From contig OZ260661.1 in NCBI GenBank assembly GCA_965285935.1, positions 91,760,001 through 91,824,000 on the forward strand: DNA of 64,000 nucleotides. Reading direction: 5' to 3'. Made by a program: the position numbers and the translations under genes. Below, piece by piece: positions 1-12,314 of the stretch; positions within the stretch are counted from its first letter, which is position 1, and the number at the start of each line of letters is the position of its first letter. Below the pieces are notes generated by a model that saw only the letters and a program-made list of their open reading frames with translations, made no database searches and was not told the origin of the DNA. The stretch comes from Ophelia neglecta. Lineage: Eukaryota.

Positions 1-9
1 GTTTTATAG

Positions 10-1763
10 CATGCCTCCCAGCTCAGTATTCAATTTAAATACAGGAACAGGACAAATCTTCCTGAGTTCGACACTGGATTATGAAACTACTGACAACTAC
101 GGTTTTCAGGTAACAGCGCATGACAATGGATCGCCACCAAAGACCGCCACCGCTAGTGTCACCATCACTGTTAATGACGTCAACGAAATTCCTCCTATAT
201 GTACCGACTATACAACTGCGGTTACAAAACAAGAGGATGCCGTAGCTAACACGGTGGTGTACACTCTAAGTTGTACTGATGGCGTAGATGGAAGTACATT
301 GACATACACCATTCTCAGTGTCAATGGTATAACCGGGCCGGGTGTCTTTGCTGTCAGTGCTCTTGGGGTCGTCACTCTTAACACGGCCCCATTGGATTAT
401 GAGACCGCTGCCTATCACGAGATACTTGTGAAAATAGAAGACACGGGCACCACCTTACAGTCTACCACTGTTACCGTGGGTCTATCAGTGACAGACATTA
501 ACGAAGCTGATCCAACTTTTAGTTCCCAGCCAACGGGAATAAATGTCTTGGAGACAACACCTATAGGTACATCCATCGCAAGAATCACCGCAACAGATGC
601 CGATACAGTGAATACACTGACATACAGTTTCAGCGCGGCAAACAATTACTTTTCAATTGATGCGGCATCAGGTAAAATCTTTGTAAAAGCGCCATTGGAT
701 TATGAATCTGGCACTAGTCATGTGCTGAATGTAGTTGCCACCGATGACGGGGTAATCCCGGCCATTCGATATAATACTCACGTGTTTACTGTGACAGTAG
801 TAGATGAAAACGATAACAGCCCGACCTTCTATCCCGAGTCCTATTTCGGCAGTGTTGTTGAGAATTCACCAGCCGGTACAACAGTCACTATTGTTACAGC
901 AACGGACGCTGAAACTGCGAGCACAAGTCTCTTATACGCCATTATCTCTGGCAACAGTGCCAATGTTTTCAGGGTGGATGCAGTGAGTGGCAAGGGAGAA
1001 GTTGTGGTGAATGACAACACCAATCTGAATTATGAAACCAGTACTGTCTTCACATTGGTAGTTCAGGTAACCGACGGTGGTGGCTTAACTGATACTACTA
1101 CTGTGTCTTTGGCTGTGACACCCGTCAACGAATTCGCGCCCTCTTTTACACCAGGTAGTGTGTATGCCGTAACAGTAGCGGAAAATACACCGCTGGACAC
1201 GTCCATTGGCAAAGTCGCTGCAACGGATGCTGATTCGGGTGACGATGGAACGGTTTCCTATTCCATCTTAGGTCCAGCAAACATTCAAGACCTGTTTAGC
1301 GTTCACCAGTCCACTGGAGATGTGTCTCTCGTCGGCACACTCGATCGGGAAAATGCCGGAAGCCACTCAATCACAATAATTGGCACCGATCTCGGAGCAA
1401 GCCAGCAAACTGGGACGGCCACTGTCAGCGTCACAGTGGGTGATGTCAATGACGAAACCCCTAAATGTAACCCCGGGGTCTACACTAAAACCCTGGCGGA
1501 GAACATCGCGGCAATCACCAGTGTGGCTCAGTTGACGTGCACAGACGATGACTCCGATGTGTCTCATAACACCTTGACCTACACGATCACAGCGGGGGAT
1601 AACGGAAAATTCACCGTAGGTTCCACTACGGGTCTGATCCAAACCATAGCATCGCCATCTTTTGATTATGATAGCGTCACGAAGTCGTACTCAATTACTG
1701 TGGAGGTAAAGGATAACGGTAACATGCACACAGGAACGGCGACAGTAGTAGTCTACCTCGTAG
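10..1763 (+). CDS. Cadherin exon (~5.5 EC repeats)
   Basis: Acceptor ttttatag at 2-9; ORF 11..1819 has cadherin motifs up to VYLV-G; donor GTAAGT at 1764. Confidence 0.93.
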
Positions 1764-4700
1764 GTAAGTATATAAGATTGGCACTTGAAAATAACCATTG
1801 TTTTGAAATTTCAAGATAGCACTTAAATTAATATTTAATTTCAAAATGAAATTGATTCTATTCAAAGTTTGTTGTGGACTGGTCTGATTTGTGTTGCAGG
1901 GGATTGGGTATGTGCTTTATATGTTATGTTCTATTTTTTCCCGGACGAACTTTACAGAGCGTTAGCATCCGCCTCTGGAACAAAAACTGGACAAGCAAGG
2001 GTCCAAAGTTGCCACTGAATCCTACCCTCCCTCCCACAAAAGCTTACATCTTTGCATCAGTCGCCTCCAATCGAAGTTTACTTTTCCTTGGGTCCTATGC
2101 ATCTGTCACTTTCAAAGTTTACTTATTATTACATGATTTAGGTATTAACGAACACCCGCCTGTATTTACTACTGATCCACAAGTAGCCGTGGTTGGCGAG
2201 GATGCCGCTGTCGACTTTCTGGTAGCCACAGCCGTGGCCACTGATGCAGATGACCCCTCCACTGGGGATGGTGAGTCATTGAGGTCCAACGAGATTTGAA
2301 TGTGTTGGTTGGCCATTGCATTGGCCATTGCATTAAGCAGTTTGTGTGAAACAGATTAAATTTCCTTTTTAATATTGCTCACAGACCAAATGATAAAGCC
2401 ATTTAATTGTTATTTCTATATATCCTAGGCCAGTTTACGTATTCAATCTTTTCTGGAGATTCCGGAAAGTTCAAAGTGGATCCAGCAGATGGTAAAATTC
2501 GGCTGGTGTCTCCTGTGGACCGGGAGAATGTTGCCACCTACGCCCTAGTTGTGTATGCTGTCGACCAAGGCTCTACTCAGCGGACAGGTTCTGGGACCGT
2601 TAACATAATACTCACTGATGCCAACGACAACACTCCCGTGTGTTCTCCGGCCATCTTTGCGTTGTATTTGCCTGAAAACAGTGTTGCTTCCACAGTCGTG
2701 TACACTCCGATCTGTTCAGATGCGGATATTGGAATAAATGCAGATCTCTCGTATAGTTTCGGTGCGGGAAACACTAACAATGCTTTTGCAATATCCCCCA
2801 CGTCTGGTACAATAACTGTTCAAACAGTTGGAGAAATTGATGCAGAGACAAACCCCGTGTTTAGCCTTGGGGTTGTAGTCGCTGATGGTGGCACGACCAG
2901 CCGTTCCACTATTGTAACTGTCAATGTAATTCTGACGGATGTAAACGAGCATGCACCTTATTTTACCTTAAGTGGAAGTTATTCAGCAAGTATCAGTGAA
3001 GGCGCAGCATCCGGGACTACAGTTAGCAGTGATATCAGTGCGTCCGACACGGACACAGGTGTAAACGGGGTTGTTAAGTACTCAATGACTGGCAGCAGTT
3101 TGTTCGCCATCGATCCAGACACTGGAGTAGTTTATCTCGAGGGAGTATTGGATATCGAAAACACAAATACATATAATCTTGTAATAACCGCAACGGATCA
3201 ACCTAATAACCCAGCTAATGCCCTGGCAGCGACCGCTACACTAGCTGTAACTCTATCAGACGTGAATGACCACGTCCCAGCCTGTCCTGGAACTCCATAT
3301 GTGGTTCATAAGGCAGAGGGCACTGCAACACCTGTGACCACACTTTTAACGACCATAGTGTGTTCTGATGGCGATTATACCAGTCCAAACAATGATATCA
3401 CATTCAGTATTTTCAACGGGGATTTAGATAACAATTTTTCAATAGTAGGAAGCACAGGAGCCCTAACAATTTCTAGCCTACTGGATTATGAGACTAGAAA
3501 CAGCTATGAGTTAATCATTCACGCGGTAGATGGCGCTACAACAGGTACTCTTACTGGTACTGCAACTGTACTTATATTTATCACCGCTGTTAATGACCAC
3601 GATCCAGCCATCACTGAACCATCCGGGGGTTATGCGGTGTCGGTAGTTGAGGATTACACCCTTGGGTCCCCCAAAATTCTCACAATTGCTGGAACAGACC
3701 AAGACAGCAGCGACACTGTACATGGAATTATAAGATGGTCCATCACAGGCGGAAACGTAAATAATGTATTTGACATTGGCGAATCAAGCGGAGATATATA
3801 TGTGATAGCTCCTCTGGACAGAGAGACAACAGCAAGCTACACATTAACTGTCACCGCTACAGATAGCATGCCTGTAAATGGTGACGAGAGAACCGACGAT
3901 ACGACTGTTGTAATTACTGTTGATGATGCCAATGACAACAGCCCCGTGTTCAATCCAGCTACCTATGGAGCAAGCGTCCTGGAAGGAGCAGCAGTTGGCT
4001 TCTCTGTCACTGAGGTGACATTGACTGACCTGGACGTAGGGGTCAACTCAAATGTAGATCTATCTATCACGGCGGGTGATAACGGCAAATTTGTTCTTGA
4101 CGGCAATGTCATCAAAGTCAATGCCGGCCTAGATTACGAATCTGTGAAACAATATCAACTCACTGTGAGGGCGGTGGACAATGGTACACCACTGGCACTG
4201 ACTTCCACAACGTCCGTGATCATAAGTGTCGAATCTGAGAATGAAGCTGATCCAATTTTACCCGTAGGTCCCTTGACAAAATCCATCTCCGAGGATGTAC
4301 CGGTGGGTACTTCAGTCCATGACGTGGACGCCACTGACACCGACGATGGGATGGGAGGGCAGCTAATCTATATGATCACCAACGGCAACCCTGGCGATGC
4401 TACTTTTGCAATCGACCCCAATAGTGGTTTGGTGACTACTGCGGCGTATCTGGACTATGACACTGCACCTAATGCCTACAGCCTCGAAATCACAGTCAAT
4501 GATGATGCAGGTCAAGGATTGGGCGTGCGCTCTGACACAATGACCTTGGTCGTGACATTGACTGATGTAAATGACAACCCACCGGTGTTTACTCAGAACA
4601 TGTACACAACGTCCATCGATGAAAACCACGGTAACGGCCAATCGGTTGTGACTGTAGCTGCGACTGATGCCGATTCGGGGTCCAATGCTGCCGTCACCTA

Positions 4701-7700
4701 CGCAATCACCGGCGGAGACGGTACCGGGCAATTCACCATTGCCAGTGGAACAGGGGTTATCACAACCACGTCAACCCAAACACTTGACTATGAAACAAAG
4801 AGAACATATCAGTTGGTAGTAAAGGCACAGGATGGCGGGACAACCCCACTTTTGACGTATTGTCAAGTACAGATCACAATAAACGACATCAACGACAACA
4901 GTCCTAAATTCAATCCAAATAATTTCTTCGCCTTCATGAATGAAGACGAGCCTCTTTCATATGTGGTTACCGCCGTTTACGCAACTGATGATGATGATGG
5001 AATCAATAAAGCTCTAACCTTCACGTTAGATCCTGCAAGCGACCCTAATTCACACTTTTCACTGATGAATCCAAGTGCCAATACAGTGAACATTGTTACT
5101 ACTATGCTCCTGGATCGGGAAAACATAGCGAAGTATGTGTATATTATATCAATATTCTACAAAACAATTTTTTCTCTCAGTCTTGTTTCATCGTATTTTA
5201 TTAATTTTTCATATTGAATCGTGACTACAAGATGCAACGGCCACGTTTTCATGCTTGTCAATTATATTTTATGACAACGTGGCTCTTATGAAATGATAAA
5301 AAACGAGGATGTTTATGTTGGCGTAAAGTCGAATATAGGAACGTCTGAACTGTGTTTCAATGTTGTTGTTTTTTCCTGTAGATACGAGTTGGTAATTAAA
5401 GCTGTGGATGGTGGTAGTACCCCCAGAACAGGTACAGCCACTGTCACCGTCGTCCTAGGTGATGTCAACGACAGAACTCCTGTCGTTCTGAACCAGCCTT
5501 ACGACACAAATGTGTCTGAGGACGTCATTGTAGGCACCACCGTACTCTACGTCACGGCTGCAGACGACGACATTAATGAAAACAAAAAGCTTACTTACAA
5601 TTTAGTTGGAGGCGACTTTGGCGATTTCACCATTCTACCTGATTACGGTACTATTAAAACCGTCAATGTGCTAGATCGGGAAACTCGGGATGTCTATAAC
5701 ATGATTGTCGAAGTTGTAGATGGAGGAACCCCCTCTCTTACTTCTACTGTCACTACAACATTGACTGTGCTAGACATTAACGACAACAAACCGGTTTTCA
5801 CACAGACATTTGAGTTCTACGTCACCGAAAACGTGAAGCTTGACACCTACGTAGGAAGGGTGTACGCTCTGGATCAGGATATTGGGGTCAACGCCGCTCT
5901 CCAATTTTCTTTGGTCGAGACTAAAATTGGCCATGCCAACTATTTCAGAGTTGATGCTGATACTGGATCGATTTATACAATCAATGATAAGCTAGACCGA
6001 GAGGAAACTGATAAATATGTGATATCAGTTCGATCAAAGGACGCCGGTTCTCCAGCTCTTTACACGGATACCGATGTCATAATAAACGTCGGAGATTATA
6101 ATGACATATCACCCGCCTGTAAGAACGGCGAATATAACACTGTTGTCATGGAAAATGTAGAACCTGGTCTTGTCATTGTCAATGTGTCTGCTATGGACAA
6201 TGATTTGAATGAGAACCAGCACATAACCTATTCCCTCGCCGATCCAGACTCCCGGGCTGCCGAGTTCTTCTCAGTGGACTCCAGCTCGGGCAGGATGGTA
6301 CTCATCCAGACTCTGGACCGTGAGGTGGATCCTGAGTTTGATTTCCATGTGACTGCCTCAGACCGTGGGACCAACCCTCTCTCGACCAAATGCCATGTCG
6401 TCATCAAGACTGGTGATGAGAACGATAACGCGCCTCTCTTTACCAGCCAGTTTTACAGCTTCGACATTGCTTACAACGAGGGTGAAGACTTTGTCATAGG
6501 TGTCGTTCATGCTACAGACAAAGACCAGGGAAATAACGCACACGTATTGTACGAGTTAAGCAAAACATCCTTATTCACCGTCGGCATTTATTCGGGTAAG
6601 ACGATAGGTAGAAGAAAACATAGACTTGGTAAATGCCAGAACTAAATTAGAACCAGAAGCCAGAACTTAAATGATATCTATCTCATGAGTTTGTTATTGC
6701 CGTATTTGCAAGGTACTTTATTCTTTCAGTTATGCATGTTTTATTCTATGTTCAGGTAATATCACTAAAAATACCAAGGAAGATCTGAATCAGACCACCA
6801 AGTATATGTACAGTCTGGAAGCTAGCGACTCAGGCAGTCCGTCGCTGAATACCAATATTTGGCTGCGCATTGACACTTTCGTGCCTAAAGATGTGTTGGT
6901 CATTCTTAACATGTCTCTAACTGTTGAAGAATTCGAAATCAAGTCAGAGAAGTTACGACAAACTTTAAAGGCATCTCTGGCAGCACGGTTTCCAAATAGT
7001 GTTGTCAAAGTGTGGAAAGTGATACCTCGCCAAGTAGAGACTACTGTTACTACTCGAAGACTACTAGCGTAAGATACTACTGCTGCTAACCACTAGTAGT
7101 TGGTCTACTTTCAATTAAGCCAGCATAGATATTTTACAGTTTAATTATATAAGTAACGTGTTTGGAAACAAACGCGCAGATAGTGTATTACCGCCGTTCC
7201 TTTTAGTCCTGCGTGTAGCAGGAGACGTGTACTAACAGCCCAACAACATGTTATTATACCAAGTTTATTCGTGAAAAACCAAAGCAATGAGTCATTATAT
7301 TTGTTCATAATTGGACATAGTGTAATTGCAAGTTTCCTGTTTTCTGTCCAGGACCCAGACCTATGTATCCGCTTTGATCTACGTGGTGGCTAACAACATC
7401 TCATTAACCTCTTCTGAGAGTGGCAAGCAATTCGTCAAACAAGAAGAATTATTGCAGATATGGGCTGAAAACACTAACACAGGAGAACCCAGCAGCATCT
7501 TCAACAGTTAATATCAAATTGATCGATTGGGGCGTGCTTTGAGATCAATAACATCAACTTATTGCACAAAAATGACGGTTTTACGTGACACGTACAACGT
7601 TGGTTTAGTGTGCTATATTTCAGATTTGTTACACGCAAACACAATTAAAAGAAGGCATCGTCAAGTAGAAATGTAAAATGCAATATCTAAGACCGTGTAT

Positions 7701-9477
7701 TGCAACTGATTAATTCATTTTTGATAGGTTGAGGTATGTTATTCTAAATTACGTTTAAAGAAGACCTACCTCTATCACTTGTACCTGTAGGTTCTAAGAT
7801 GCGTTTTAACCGGTAGGGTGTGTGATGGGCAGACCCTTTCCAGGGGGGGGGGGGGTCTATGGGTTAAGACCCCAATATCTCACTGGGAGGAGGAAACTGC
7901 CCCATACCCTCGAGGCGCGCTTCACAGAAACTTTTATATGTGAGTCAAGAAGGTGTCGACAGTTTACTAAAATTATGAGCTATGTGTCGTTGTTTTCTTG
8001 CTAGATGAGGAATTTGCCGATTTCAAAGTGGTGTCGGTTGACGGATATGACGATCCCCCTAGTGAGGACCCATGGTATCAAACACAGACTGGTATCATCA
8101 TCCTCAGTTGTTCCACAATAGGCGGCGCTGTCCTCATTCTCATCATTGTGGTCATCATCTGGTACTTCCGGTGCAGGAAACGGTTTGTGATCCTTACTCC
8201 TTAATGGATAAACACGAAACAACGCCTGCTGGGAAACTGCCCCGGCCGGGGAACAACCCACGCTGGGGAACAGCTTCCGTTGGCGGGCAGACCCGCGTGG
8301 GCTCAAGCAGGGTGCTTGCGTCTGTGAATATGAACATGATGACAGTGATGATAAACTTAAAAAGCAGCTTATGATATTCATTATATCTGCTTGGAATTTC
8401 AAAATGTTTAACGATAGTTAGTTTTACTTGTTTTGGAAATTTCAGGGGCCAAAACGACTTCAAAAATAGACCCAAATCAAGCGAACGAAGAGTGTTTGTG
8501 GAGAGTAAGTCGATTTAGAACCAGCCTCCCTTGAAAGCCCAATTCCACCAAAGCCTATTGACCGCATGCTGTTTATATAATAAAAATAGTTATTACATAT
8601 TCGAACCATAGTTAGCTGCAAACACACTTACTCTAGTTCATTTTTCAAATGAGATGTTTTCGTTGCATTCCTATAATCAACCGCCATTTTGTAGGTCCCC
8701 CGAAAGATACACCAGGAAAGAAAGATGGACAACCGGCCCACTCGGTGTTTTTCCCATATAAGGTCAATAGTCTTTACTTTAAAGAACAAGGTTGTTACAA
8801 CATCAATATGTAATCGTGTGTCTTTCCTGTAAAAACCTGTAGAAAAGAATCGGAAAGCACTAGCTATACTTATAGGAGTCGGTCAACTTAACGTTATAGT
8901 TGATCTACGTGTATTTACATGGCTTTATATATTTTCTTACTTTGAACAACATCCTTCCTAAAATAGGGTAATCAACAGGTAACACTACCGCTAGTTAGGG
9001 TAATGAAACCAACTGAAAAATATATCATGTATTCATATATTTGACAAATTGGAAAAAAAGAACCAAGTGGCATGTTTTTTCATGCAGAATACAAAGAAAG
9101 ACAGAAATGAGCCCATTCTTGTAACCAATCCTTGGAAGACCGCGGTTGAAAGCCAAAAGGCTAAAAATAGCCAGATGGAGACGGGCGTTCTGCCTCCCCC
9201 TGATGATGATTGGGGGTCCAATGCTGGTACGGAGGGGAACTATGATGGGGTGGCGTACGACCCAGGTAAGAAAAAGTCTACCACATATTTATTGAAATAT
9301 TGGACTTAATTTCATTGAGTAAAAAATCATGATTCATGAGGGGAAAAATTCTTTATAAAAAGGAGGGTAAACTCAAAACTGATGATCTATTTATCATTTA
9401 TAGTTACTGGGAAAGAGTACGAGTTTAACACCAAGACAAAGGAGAGAAGATGGAAGAGAAATACGACGCATGTCTAA
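10..9477 (+). CDS. Large non-classical (Fat/Dachsous/Cad23-like) cadherin, 5'-partial; join(10..1763,2142..2270,2429..5132,5382..6595,6756..7068,7352..7506,8005..8182,8446..8504,8695..8762,9088..9265,9404..9477)
   Basis: 18 DxN(D/E)xxP-type linkers plus LDYE/LDRE and AxDxG motifs give at least 19 EC repeats. All 10 introns are GT-AG with matching phases (1,1,2,1,2,1,2,1,0,1). Summed exon length is 6826 nt (1 nt + 2275 codons including TAA at 9475-9477). Single TM, then a ~125-aa tail. No LamG/EGF domains or catenin-binding motif seen, so orthology is not assigned. Confidence 0.93.
2142..2270 (+). CDS. Cadherin exon (GINEHPPVFTT...ADDPSTGD)
   Basis: Acceptor AG 2140-2141, donor GTGAGT 2271; phase 1-1, 129 nt. 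Confidence 0.9.
2429..5132 (+). CDS. Cadherin exon (~8.5 EC repeats)
   Basis: Acceptor cctag 2424-2428; donor GTATGT at 5133; ORF 2407..5217. Confidence 0.93.
5382..6595 (+). CDS. Cadherin exon (~4 EC repeats)
   Basis: Pyrimidine tract and tgtag acceptor ending 5381; donor GTAAGA at 6596; ORF 5293..6645. Confidence 0.92.
6756..7068 (+). CDS. Cadherin exon: end of last EC repeat and start of membrane-adjacent domain (...TTRRLL)
   Basis: Acceptor ttcag 6751-6755; in frame with ORF 6806; donor GTAAGA at 7069. Confidence 0.88.
7352..7506 (+). CDS. Cadherin exon: membrane-adjacent domain, second half
   Basis: Acceptor ctgtccag ending 7351; reads (A)TQTYVSALIYVVANN...; weak donor GTTAAT at 7507 gives the phase needed by the next exon. 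Confidence 0.8.
8005..8182 (+). CDS. Cadherin transmembrane exon
   Basis: Acceptor ttgctag ending 8004; hydrophobic IIILSCSTIGGAVLILIIVVIIWYF followed by RCRKR stop-transfer; donor GTTTGT at 8183. Confidence 0.88.
8446..8504 (+). CDS. Cadherin cytoplasmic exon (GQNDFKNRPKSSERRVFVE)
   Basis: Acceptor ttcag 8441-8445, donor GTAAGT 8505; phase 2 to 1. Confidence 0.75.
8695..8762 (+). CDS. Cadherin cytoplasmic exon (SPPKDTPGKKDGQPAHSVFFPYK)
   Basis: Acceptor ttttgtag ending 8694; donor GTCAAT 8763; restores phase 0 for the next exon. The exact 3' boundary is less certain. Confidence 0.65.
9088..9265 (+). CDS. Cadherin cytoplasmic exon (NTKKDRNEP...GVAYDP)
   Basis: Acceptor catgcag ending 9087; donor GTAAGA 9266; ORF 9049..9309. 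Confidence 0.82.
9404..9477 (+). CDS. Cadherin terminal exon (VTGKEYEFNTKTKERRWKRNTTHV*)
   Basis: Acceptor tttatag ending 9403; phase 1; TAA at 9475-9477. Too short for the ORF track. Confidence 0.82.
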
Positions 9478-12314
9478 AATGTTTAGAACTATCTATGTTA
9501 CTGGGAAGTCTGTTACCTGGCTGGTTTGAATAATAACATCATTATTCTTTCAATATGCAGTAATGAAAATGGCAAGCTGAAAAAAGGCTGCATTTGCTTT
9601 TAACGAATTCCAACATTTAATGCTCATTTTCCACTTTTCAATGCTGCAATAGACAGAGAAGCTTCCCCGGTCAGGAAAATATGTGCGAGTTCTCAAATCA
9701 GTACTAAGGCCTTTTCTATATGGCATAATATTAAAACACTTCTTTCATTATATTGGCGGGGTATGCATGGGCGAAATTTTATGTGGGGCACATAAAAGGC
9801 CTTAAGTGAAAATATAGGATTACATTGGGCTTTTTGACTCGTTGTTTAATTGCGCGCAATAAGTATATGTTAATCTTATTCCACGCAGAAACAGTTTGCC
9901 TGTACACATTGCGCAGAATAAGCTGTCTACCTGCGCGAAGTAAGCCTACCTTCTGCGCGGAATTAAACGAAGCCAGGCCGTAATCTCCCGACTTACCCTA
10001 TGCAGCGCACACCACCTGCTTGTGATATAACCTGGCTTTGAGTAAAAAAAGGATTGATAAGAAATCGGTTAATCCCTACAGAAAATACTTAAAGGCTCCT
10101 CGAATAAATGGAACTTTTTGTAAATTATGTGCAAAATTTCTCTCCCTTATGACATGCACCTCATTCGACGGGTCTCTGTATTCGGCCATGTAGCGCTGCG
10201 ATGCATGATCCGACGCTGCTGCTCTGGTTCTGCACTGGGTGCGGCCTGTCACGTGGGTCAGGTTAGGGGTATTCTATTGTTCTCTCCCTGCGTAGCGCCA
10301 CACCGCGCAGCGCTTATTACAGGAACCCTAATTCTATTACCTTTTCCGAGCACCAAAACGATATAATCTCATACTTATATAACGTATAAAAAATATTTAT
10401 TTTTGATTATCATGGATAAGTTTAGATTTTGCTTATAGTTGGCAGTCTTAATGATTCCTTCGTCGACAAAGGTGGTTACTCTGTAGAACATGCAAAACAC
10501 CTGCTTTAGTTCATCGAGAATAATGACATATGCACGCAGATGCATTTTGACTTGAAGTTTTTATAGCGCGATAGGTGTATGTATCAGGCACAGAAAATGG
10601 TAATGAGCCAGCCTATGAATAATTATTTACGAATCAGACCTTGTCAGCTTATAGGTTAATCACTAACAATAACTAGTTTAATAAATTAAGGGTCTTGCCT
10701 AATAATTTTAATAAATGTATAGTTATTTCAGATGGATATGCACAGTATATGTACATTTCTTTCATTTAACTCCTTCAGTTGTCTTTATTTGTGTATAAAT
10801 TAGACCTATGTTCGGTGGGTCTGTATGTATAAGATACGCTGCTGATGTATTAATAGTCAAATAGTACCTATAAATTACTATCTTTTAATTGGAATTTTTA
10901 TATGCAAGCCACCGTTTGATGTAAAGCCTAAATTATCTTCGCATGAAGAGAAAAGGGAGGCGATCAAAGGGCACTTTTGTCATGAAAGAAGAATTCGTAT
11001 TTGGCCCGAACTTGATTAAATGAGCATGAAAGGCTTTCTGATCAAAGGCAATTTTATATTTGTGGTGATGAACAAAAGCTAACACAGGCGTGAGAGTGGT
11101 TAGAGTACTAGTTCTAGATGAACAAAAGTAGGTTTCACAGAAATGGTCACCTTTTCTGGCTTAATAACCCACCGAATGCAAGGGAAATACCCCTTAAAAT
11201 TTCCTTAGTATGGATGGAACACCACCAGTCTCCTTGTGCGTTTGTGCAAAGTAATTTGTTGCTATTTGGAAAGAAATAAAATGAGTCCATGTTAAACAAT
11301 GAAATACCCATTTCTTCATGTCGTGAGCATAGGCCTACATACTGGTGTGATAGAATAGAGTGTCCAGGACTTTGAAGCCCCACGGACACTTAAACCTTAG
11401 GTCCCATTTTCATATAACTGAAGTGTGAACGACGGATGCCCTAGGACTGAAAGTCCCCCCCAAATTTTTTTTGTTTTGTCTAATATTGGATAGCGATAAT
11501 ACGAACGTTAATATGGCATTATATGTAAGAGGTACGCATTTTCAGTATTTATTTTATTTTAGTATAGATGGATGCTGATGATCGCTAAAACCTACCTCTA
11601 CGTGATTATTTTCTATAGAATAAAACCAAAATGCAACTTGGGATAGATTCGAATGATCTTTAAAACCCCATTTGAAAATTGACCTCAACTCTCAGTCCCT
11701 CCGATGCATGCGCACAACGGTTTAAACAATGAGAACCTGTATAATTTGATTCATTACATTTTGACAAATTCATTAGTTGATCCATTCTCCCAAAAATTGT
11801 AAGTGGCTTATGATAAAACCTATATACATATTATGATAGATATCATGGGATCGTATACCCAACCCACACTTACTCGGGGGCACGAACTTACACGGATTGG
11901 CCCTAATGGGTCTTTTCAATTTGATATAGACCAGTTTGTTATGCCCTATAACCAGGGCTATTGCTATGACGCCTGGCAGGCGCACACGTGCGTCCACCTT
12001 TCTCAGCGTAAATAGGGCTGGAGATCAATGGTAGCAGCCATCCTCGGCGCCGGGCGCTCCCTGCCCCGTCACTGTTGTCACAACGCCCGACCGTGTTACT
12101 GGGCCCTCCTGTCTCCATCGTACTAAGCAAAAAACAGCATTCAACGGATAGGTCAAGTTCTCAGGAAAAAACAATCCATTGCTACACCAACGGAAAGAAT
12201 TTTTTGGGATACATAAAACCGTCTGATTATTATTGGTTAAACGAAACTGATGGTGAAAATAAGGAGTTTGGTGACTTGGTGAAAAGCAAGACGCCTGGTG
12301 AACGCTGCAAACCA

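Noticed and set aside
11-13. ATG at 11 as the cadherin start codon
   Set aside because: No signal peptide, the sequence starts mid-repeat, and a splice acceptor lies at 8-9; the gene extends upstream of the window.
35-7008. Minus-strand ORFs overlapping the cadherin exons
   Set aside because: Antisense shadows of a long coding sequence; no motifs.
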